Shown here in pieces: positions 10,823 through 20,000 of a stretch of 20,000 nucleotides of DNA. Within the stretch, counting starts at the first letter, position 1, and each line of letters begins with the position of its first letter. The stretch comes from Conidiobolus incongruus B7586 (lineage: Eukaryota). The stretch lies in NCBI GenBank assembly GCA_000697335.1, contig JNEM01010781.1, positions 60,833 through 80,832 on the forward strand, in the 5' to 3' direction. A program made the translations under genes and the position numbers. The notes below the pieces were generated by a model that did no database searches, was not told the origin of the DNA, and worked only from the letters and a program-made list of their open reading frames with translations.

Positions 10823-12614
10823 TTATTTCTAATCTAGTCAATAATACCTTCCTCATTTCATATTAGCCCAATATTCATTATTCTATTTTTAAAATATCAT
10901 ATATCATCATTTTTACATTTATCATATCCAATATTACTAGAACATATAAACACCTAATTAAATAAAATATTATTGGTAAACTACTATTGGATGAAAATTT
11001 ATATATTTAATCAAATCAACCAAAATAATTTATATATACTTAATATTTTATTCACTCTTTTTTAACGTTTAATATATATATCAATAATTCGTACAATTAT
11101 TCTATGATTTATGTTTAAACTCTATTCAATATAATAATAAATTGTAATAAAATTTTATTTCAAAGTTTTAATCTTTGATGGATGCCATAGATATAATAAT
11201 TTAGATCTATAAATGATTCAATATTATTAAATATAAATTATTATATTAATTAATGCAGAAATTTTATTATTTAGCAATTTATAATTAAAATTTATCTTAG
11301 ATTTTTTTAAATAAATTCAAATTAATGAATGATTTCAAAATATATTACTTAATAAGAATTGAAGGTAAGGGTTAATGGTTATATCGAAATATTTGATTAT
11401 AGTAATATGTATATTACGGTGATAAGTTGGAATTTAATAAAATATATATTCAAAAATCTTTATAATTTAAAAAAAATTAAATAATTATTTAATCATTCTA
11501 CTCCTCCAAATTAAGCAATCGCGGTGTAATAAAATATTGAATTTGACAAATTATGATCATCATGAAAATTTTTGATCCCCCTTTTTTTATAAATTAATTC
11601 CTTAAAATTAAAATTCACATATAATTAATTTTTTATGAATTTATCGAAGTAAATTTATTAGTTTTTTTTTTCTATTATAAAATAATACATTTAGAATCCA
11701 CTAATAGCAACCAAATATTTTATTAAGCATATAATTAATAATAATTGGATAATAGTATATCAATCCAAAATATAGTTATTTTGATTAGTTAAAGTTTGGA
11801 ATATAGATTTGAGATAAATTATAATATTTAATAATATCTAACAAACTCGTAATTATTAATTATTTTTGTGTAAATTTTGATTTTCGAATAAAATTGAAAA
11901 ATTTAATTTTTATTCAAATTATACCAATTATATAGTAATTATTTATCAACCAAAATATGCTTGGATTATTCTAATTTTATAATTTCTATATACATTATCA
12001 CTGTTGATAAACTTAACAATGGTATACTATAAAAATTGATTTGTCCAAATGATAGATCTAATGACTGGATGCATTTGATTCAATGCACTGTTATTGTAGT
12101 ATTTGTTGATCAAAAATTTAATAATTGAGATTTATGTTGAAAATGATACTAAGTAATATTAGAGTCACATTGAACACGTACCTATTTGGAATGGTATTAA
12201 AGATATTTGATCTAGAGAAATAAAAGTAATTTGTTTATTGATGAATGATATCAAATTTTAGAAAAATAAATAATTTTTGGGAATTGACACAATGTCAATA
12301 TTTTTTATGATTTTTGATAAGCAACCACGAAGGTTATTTTTGAGGAAGAGAATATATAAGTTACTCTATAACAGATGTATGAGATGAAAAATTGGGATTT
12401 GAAATATTCATAATACCAATTTTGGTAGCTGGATAAATTGGTTAGTGTTCTATACAGCATCTTGATACCAATATCAGCCAAGTGTCTGAAATGATACCTA
12501 GTGACAAACTTGGTTTTGGAAAACAATTATTTCAGCTCATAAATCCGAATTTTCAATAAACGAATATAATCAACTAAAAAATACAGCAGACAAATATAGT
12601 CTAATACTTTGAAA

Positions 12615-14228
12615 TCATGAAGATGACGAGGGGGGGTTAGGGGGCGTGTCAACATTCGTTGTTGATGATGGATTAGCATGAACTAAATCCTGAACTTTGA
12701 CGCGAGAAGTGGAAGATGGTAGTGAAGATTTAAGGGATAGTTTGGATAAAGTTTGGGATACATTTCCCGGAAGATCTGAGGATATTGGGCCAAATGTATC
12801 AGAAGGTGCTGGGACAGAGGTAGAGACGGTGCTTGGCGGAGATGTAAGAGGAGGAAATTTGCCAAAATTCAATGGAGGAAGTACTTGATTCACATCAGAA
12901 GATGGGGGGAATGAAGTTGATAATAGTCTAGGGGGTAAATGATGTAATGAATGCGAAGCATGAGGTTGAGCAACTGCATTGGGATTTGAGTAAAATGCTG
13001 CATGACGAGCTGTCTTCTGATCTGGTGCATATGGAGAGTTGGATGCTGCTCGTGCAGAAGACGAAGCTGATGATGGACGACGACGTTTATAAACACCATC
13101 TCCATATTCAACTAGTGAGTTGGAAGTAATTGTCCAGAATGATCCTTTACCTGGCTCAGATTGAAGTCTTGGAACTTTAGTAAATGACTTATTTAATGAC
13201 AAATTATGTCTAATCGAATTCTAATATAAAGTCAACATCGATCAATAAATATAATATTTGGATTCACTATTACCTGCCAGCCATTTTCAGATAGCTTATA
13301 ATAAGGGTATTTGGTTGCAATATAATTATAAATATTATTTAAAGTCATTTTCTTTTCAGGAACGGAATTAATAGCCTGAGCTATCATAGAAGCATATGAA
13401 TAAGGTGGCTTGACATGAGGTGAATCTTTTGGTACATCTGATGAAGGACGAGGAATGGTGAAAGGTTTTCTAGAAGACGGTGTAGAAGGGGGAACAGCTT
13501 GTGGAATCGCAGGGAATAAAGGGCGTTGAGGACGAGCTGCTCTAATCTCTCTATATGCCGAAGATCTAGCTGGGAGGGAAGCTGGAAGTCCAGAAGCTGC
13601 TGGAGAAAGTGATAAAGATGTACTTATGGGAGGTTTAGCAGCTATAGGAATTAACTTCGGACGAGGAGTAGAAGACATCCAATTAGAGATATGTGAAGGG
13701 GAATTCTCATTTTTAACTTTAGAATCTGAAGGGTTAGGAGAAAATGAGCTTTTGTCGGAAGATTGAGTTGGTTGATTTTCAGAAGGAATCTTTGGCAAAA
13801 GAAAATAAAAGGTTTGATTTCCAATTTGGATTTTTGAACTATTAATTAATAAATATTGATTATATACAAATTATATTATAATATAATTAAAATAATACTT
13901 ACCCATGCTCTAATTTAATATTGGAGCCTTTTTTATAAAACATATCATCAATTACAGCTCCGTTCTTTCCTTGTACCGAAAGCTCAAACTTTTGGTCAAC
14001 TAAATTATAATAAATTTTAGCGTGCTGACGCGAAATAGCTTTCGTTGGACCAAGATCAACATTTATGTCATCTTGAGGATTAATTTTTCTTCCAATTGTT
14101 ATGTGTAGCTCTTTCATATAATAGCATACATTATCGCCTTCTAATTTAGCATAAGCTTGAACATGTGCTGGCTCTCTGGAAGGTGAAGAGGAAGAGGGTT
14201 TTGGGGGAAGAGAGAGGGTATCTGACAT
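12615..14228 (-). CDS. FKH2: FHA-domain forkhead transcription factor (Fkh1/Fkh2/FoxK-like), 498 aa
   Basis: Exons 14228-13903, 13838-13274 and 13220-12615, with GT-AG introns at 13902-13839 and 13273-13221, total 1497 nt in frame. [12 protein letters not shown]...ITIGRK...[16 protein letters not shown]...GKNGAVID...SKIQIG. Forkhead: [14 protein letters not shown]...[10 protein letters not shown]...YPYY...[21 protein letters not shown]...PGKGSFW. FKH1 versus FKH2 cannot be resolved, so the symbol is nominal. Confidence 0.93.
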
Positions 14229-16992
14229 CAACAAGAAAATTAATAGGAAACCAAGCAAGGTTACCCTGAAAAAAAGTTAGAGAAAATGATAAAGAAGATT
14301 GAAACCAGTTGACAAAAAGAGTAAATGAAAAGAATGAATGGTGGCAAGCTAAATGCTTCAAATGAATTTAACAAATGGAGTAGGCAAAAAGATAAAATTG
14401 GATAGAGGAGATAAATGAAAGGGGATTAGGAGTCCTGTATTGATAGGGGGGAATCAGGGATATTTCAACTTTGTCACTCAAGTGAAGCTGGTAATGCCTG
14501 AAACAAAGAAAATGAAGCGCAGAGCTTAGGCTATGAAGATAGGCATACAGAAGATGGGAGATGAGCTTATATAGTGTAGGATAATACACCGATCACAAGT
14601 GAAATCACTAAGAGCAGATTATTTTTGATTAATTTGTTGACGGTTAAAAGTTCCCACTAACTCAATTTGAACAAGGGAGAATCAATAGTTCAAATCAGCT
14701 CCACTCTCATTTGAAACGAAAGATAAAATTTGAGTGAGATTGTCTTGAAATTTAGGTTTGAAGTAAGATTTTGGATGAGTTTTATGAGTTTACTGATTTT
14801 CCGGATCAGGTGAGTAGACTGTATTAGGCTGTATATTCACAATATGTGGAATTTAGGGTTTATTTAAAGATGTTCCATCTGTGAAAGATTGTTTATAATA
14901 TTTTCTGATTGGATACTAATATTTATATTATTAAACAATAAAAAAAAATCCAAGCATATAAATAATCATATGAGAAATGAATTCAAAACTATTTGAATTC
15001 AGTTCTGAATTAACTAGATATTATCACCAATATTTGTATCATTTCATCAGATCCGGTATAAATTAATAATTTATAATAGCATTCGTGAAATTTAATATCA
15101 GACCAATTCTGGTTAATAAATCTATTTTAGTTGATTTTTACCTTTAATAGAGATTTTACATATTTATCTCTGTGGAAATTGAATCGACGTCACCGTTTTA
15201 ATAAAGAATTATCCAATCACAGTGCTCCATTTCCCAATTCCATATTTTGTCCAACTTTAAATATTAAAAAGTAAATTATAAGACTTTGTCAACCAGCCTT
15301 AATATCCCGTTTAATTTTAAATAATTCATCATCAAAAGACAATTTAATATTTCATATTTCATATATGCTATTTTGATATATTAACTGGTTATATTTCCAT
15401 CAATTCGGATTGGAATTCATTCCCCCCAGATTTTCTATTGATTGGCTCATCCAAATCATAATAAATAAATAATGCATTTTACTCTTTTAGGTAGGACGAA
15501 TAGTTACAGGATATGAAATGGGAATTTTGGCCCAAAAGACCTAAGATCATTGGACTATCATTTGAAATTCAAAGACAAAGCATTCATTCAAACGAGTGGA
15601 TTTGAGTCCTTTTGTTCTAGTGATTTCAATAACATGTAAATAAGACCAGGAAAGAGTGCTGGATTAGCCATATTCTGCTAGTCGACTAAGTCAACTCCCC
15701 GGTGTTAGTGTACTTGGGTTATAAATAGAATAACCCAAACAAACTTAATGATCGTTAATTTTACAGAGATTTATTAGCGTTTGTTATGATAAGGAATTAT
15801 CAATTCTAAAAATAAAATCCATTAAACCAAGACTAATTCTCATTTAATCTGATTCTGGCTGTGGGGTAAAGCTGTTAATTCACAATTCAGAGACACAAGT
15901 AAATGAAAAATTATCAATCATCTTTGAATTTTCACCTTAATTATGACATTCTATCAATATAATTCACTAATTGTTTTTCTAAATTTTAATCTATGTTCTA
16001 ATTAAAATTCATCTGAATTTTAAAAAATCTATATTAAATTATGAAATTTCATTTTCACGTATATCATTCTATCTATTGTCTTCAAGTGTTTAAATAGCAC
16101 TCTAGATACAATATTAGTGTAGCCTATCTTGAATTGTTTAATTACTATTCAATCACCTCTATTTTCGAATCTTATTATTGGTTATTAAATAATATATTTT
16201 GATATTTTGAAAATTATTGATTAATATAAAAATTCAATTTAAAATAATACTATAATAATGAGTGATATCATAATACTTCAAATGTCACTATTAATTTAAT
16301 AGTCTCAATAATTTAATTAAACTTTTTCATTAATATTGTACAAAAATGGATTGATTATAAAACTAAAAAACTCTTTAATTCATCAAATTTGAATTAATTG
16401 ATTGAAATTATCATTCATAAAAATGATAATAATTATATAATTTAATAATTTCTCAAATACTAGGATATTAAATAATTTATCTATTTCAGTGTAATTTTTG
16501 CTTTACATTATTTTATCCAAGTTAAATAGTTTATATCTTCAATCTTATAGGAATACTGTGACTTATCATATAATACCCGATATGTAACAACTATTACATT
16601 AATTTCTTAAAAATATTTAAAAATTTTATAATGAAAAGTTAGGTATTATTTAAATATTATTCTTCACTATTATTTATTTTTATAACTATTAAAACTTAAT
16701 CAAGTTATATTTATTAAAATGTGATATCAATTTATTAAATACACTTATCTCATCCCTTATATTAATTTCATATTAATATTTTGATTGATTTCATTTTTGA
16801 AAATTTTTCCATTTTGATCATTATATTTATTACTTTATGTAATAGGGTTATAAACGATCCCCATCACCAATTCTATGATTTAACCTTGATGGTCAAAAAT
16901 ATAGGTGACTACATGTTCTATAGCTTTAGGGGTCAGGAGGATCAGTTGAGTCACGATGGTTAGACGGTTGGGTTCATTATCAGCAACTAATT

Positions 16993-17028
16993 GCAAATTA
17001 GGCAAATTAGGCAAATTAGGCAAATTAG
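16993..17028. repeat. Perfect tandem repeat (GCAAATTAG)x4
   Basis: gcaaattag gcaaattag gcaaattag gcaaattag is directly visible. It is preceded by a partial inverted copy, ctaattgc. Confidence 0.92.
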
Positions 17029-20000
17029 AACAAATGAGGTGCTTGATATAAAATTATACAACGATGAATAAAATAAAGAAAAGCTGTAGCAAAATTAAGT
17101 TTTATATTCTTAAAAAGTATATCGAATATAATGTATATTAATAGAGTAAAGGATAGATTTAGTAACACGCTGAGATGAAGGTGGTACTCTTGGAAGGGCT
17201 GAGGATAGAAAGGAGGATAATTGGTAGTTATGTAATTTTGATTAGAAAAACCGAAAATCGAGCTCCTATGATAGAAGCTACGTGTGTATTTAAAGTGTAT
17301 TTAGGAGTTTGTGGAGGCGTGACTGCATAGTGTTGTATCCTTGTGATGGTTCTCAGGACTGGTTCCTTGTTCTTGTTTATCCGAAGGAACAGAATGCGAC
17401 ACTGTAAATATTAATTAATTAATCAATTATTTATATTTTATATGTATTTAGATATATGCACTGAATATATTATCAATAAATCAAATCACTATATATGAAT
17501 TCATATTCTAATTCTTCTATAATAGTTATTTTAATTTTTAATAAATTCAAAATCAAAACAAACTTAAAATTTATGATCAGTAGTAAATTTTATTGTTATA
17601 AAAATATAAAAACAAATGAGAAATAATTTTATCATAAATTAAGTATGATCCGCAATATTTAGTGTTTAATATTCAAAAACTATTATAATTTGCCTTTAAT
17701 TAATAATCTTTGGATAATATTATATCAAATATAATTTTATATAATAATTAATCAAGCTAGATTTTGAAAAATAACCCATAACATCCAATATTATTATAAT
17801 ACTTGTATTAAGATAAATTTATTAATAATTCTATTTAACCAATTGAGTGAATTATTAAATATGAACTGTTTATCTTGCCCAAGTTTAAGTTTGCCTTGGC
17901 ATAATTGATAACAGTCTAATCAATGCATTAAGGTTTTAATAATTATGTTGCAAGTACTTTTATTTTTTTGAAATCATATAAAAAATCTTCCGCAATGCTT
18001 AATTTAATTATAATATATATTTTGTTAATTCAATATATTATATAAAAATTATAAATCCTCAAATAAGGTAGGATAAAATCAAACGCTACACCATGGAAAA
18101 AATCTGTTATATATATTATAATTTAATGTGCTTGCTTAATTTCCTCAATATTAACTTTAACATAATCTCTTTACCAAATACTCTTTCATTTATCAAATTA
18201 TTCAATATAAAAAACTATTTCATTAGAGTGATGATGATTTAAGTAAATAGTAATAAGACATAGTATGAAGATATATTAGTATTTTGGATAAATTCAATTT
18301 TTGAATATAACAGATTTGATTTTGATTTTTTAAATTAAAATTCACATAAGTTAATTTAATTGATGATATTGTGATTCAGCAGATATAGTTTAGATAAAGT
18401 TTGTTAAGGCTAATAAAACTATGATAAGCTACAATGGAGTCTTTAAGGCAATGCCAAGCTTTTAATTCAATGGAAGATTTAAATAAAAACAATTAAATTC
18501 TTATTGGAAGTAAATTAGCTTTATTGGATAGTCACATGCAATTTAGAAAATAATATCGAAAACTAGTAACGATTAATCAAAGTAGGTTAATAATTACTGA
18601 ATTAGATAGTGATTAATAAAATACAAAATAAAAGTACTAATTATGAAAGAGAAAAGAGGATTCAGTTGATCAACAAAATTACAGTAATTTTTACTAATCA
18701 ATGTGTAAATGTATCAAAAATGTGGCACAAATGGATATAAATATTGATAATATTGAAATCTATCAAAATATTATCTAATTATCAATCAAACCACATATAA
18801 AATTGATCGTAAAATTTCTGCTTAGTTTAAAATAATTTTTATTGTGGTAGCATTCAGGTATTTTGATTTCCAATAACAAAATTAAACACCTTTTATTTTA
18901 GTATTGTTTAATTTTCTTTCATTAGTAATCAAAATATATATTTGGTATGATACAATTAATATATAAAGATTTGGCTATATTTCATTTTGTGAACATATCT
19001 ATCTATACTAGCAATAACCAGCATATATTTATATTAAATTTCAATATGACATTTAATATTATAATTGGATTTTGAAATAAACTTTTATTTGACATATAAT
19101 ATGTTCCCTTAATTTCAAATACCTTCTCATATATATTGATTGAAAATTCTCTCACAATAATGAAAATAACAATTATATTTTATTTAGTTTATCAATTCAA
19201 ACTAAATTTAGATTATTCTTAGTAGTGTTCTTGACAGAAAGTTTTATCATTATTATTATGGTTTACTTATAATTAAATTTGCCAATAGTTGACCAAATTT
19301 ATTCATCCTTGTCCAAGTCTTATTTGAATTCCAGTAACCTCAAGGGATTAATTCCAACACCAATCCTAGAAGACTAACTTGATTGATTGTTAGATGGTAA
19401 ATGAATATGCTTCTAAATATAGTAATATCCTAATATATCTTTATATTGTATTGAGAATACTCGTTAGGCTTACTTGATTTATATTATATATATAAATATC
19501 CATAATTACCTCATATTTTACTTACATGCCGGTTGTTACAATTAATTATTTTACTCCAAAGGCATCCTTTTTCCTGTTAAATAAACTTTGCTTAAATTTA
19601 TAATGAGATTATTTTAACTTTGGTGTTTTTACCCCCAATATATTTATTGGCATTTTTGCTATCTATTGTAATTAAAAATTAATAAATATAATAATTCAAT
19701 ACTAAATAATTAATTTGATATTGTCCTTGAATACTTTTTTTATTGTTATTAATCATTTTTTAATTATATTTCTAATATTATAGTTTCTTAATTAGATTTC
19801 CTTTTAAAAAATTTATTTCATAAAATATAATATAAATAATAAAAATAAAACTATATATAATAATAGATTTTAAATAAGTAATAAGAAATAAGTTCTTTTA
19901 TTTCATTATAATCCTTTTTTGTATAATATTATTAATTATATTTTTATTAGTATATAATAAAGAATATAATTGATAAATTATTATTATTTAATAATATTTA

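Noticed and set aside
12305..13129. Small ORFs at 12305-12526, 12683-12865, 12697-12888, 12890-13111 and 12947-13129
   Set aside because: They are alternative-frame or antisense overlaps of forkhead exon 3 or its 3' UTR, with no recognisable motifs.
15525..15780. U2-like CTAAGATCA (15541-15549) and U6-like ACAGAGA...ATTAGC (15763-15778)
   Set aside because: The U2 branch-pairing GTGTAGTA and the U6 internal stem-loop are absent, so these are short coincidental matches.
16781..16963. 60-aa plus-strand ORF
   Set aside because: It has a TTG start, a low-complexity I/F-rich N-terminus from AT-rich DNA and no recognisable domain.
14475..17195. Peptide similarity FRHYQLHLS (about 14475-14505) versus FQEYHLHLS (about 17169-17195) on the minus strand
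   Set aside because: Six of nine residues match with no extension on either side. Such matches are expected by chance between pyrimidine-rich frames.
17192..17203. RNase P CR-I-like GGAAGGGCTGAG
   Set aside because: I found no complementary CR-V (P4 partner) within a plausible distance downstream.
16843..17405. Telomerase RNA (minus-strand TAACCCTA as template, three-way junction as CR4/5)
   Set aside because: The template would lie 3' of the junction on the minus strand, while the junction folds better on the plus strand, so order and strand are inconsistent.

Overview
Very AT-rich eukaryotic DNA with short (about 48-88 nt) GT-AG introns, most consistent with an early-diverging fungus (taxon is inferred). 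I rebuilt six protein-coding genes by hand-splicing: VPS35 (minus, runs off the left edge), a LisH-CTLH-WD40 protein (plus), dynactin ARP1/centractin (plus), a short THOC5-like protein (minus), Rho GDP-dissociation inhibitor RDI1 (minus, 9 exons) and an FHA-forkhead FKH1/2-like transcription factor (minus). The last 5.8 kb, upstream of the forkhead gene, has no recognisable gene but contains GC-richer islands. The most striking is at about 16840-17410, with a 9-bp tandem repeat, promoter-like motifs, a 51-codon sORF and a candidate RNA three-way junction. I saw no tRNA, rRNA, CRISPR array or intact mobile element. I found no demonstrably novel system. The best leads are the WDR47/WDR26-like WD40 protein, the orphan island and the forkhead 5' leader. 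All family assignments are by-eye motif recognition, not database searches.
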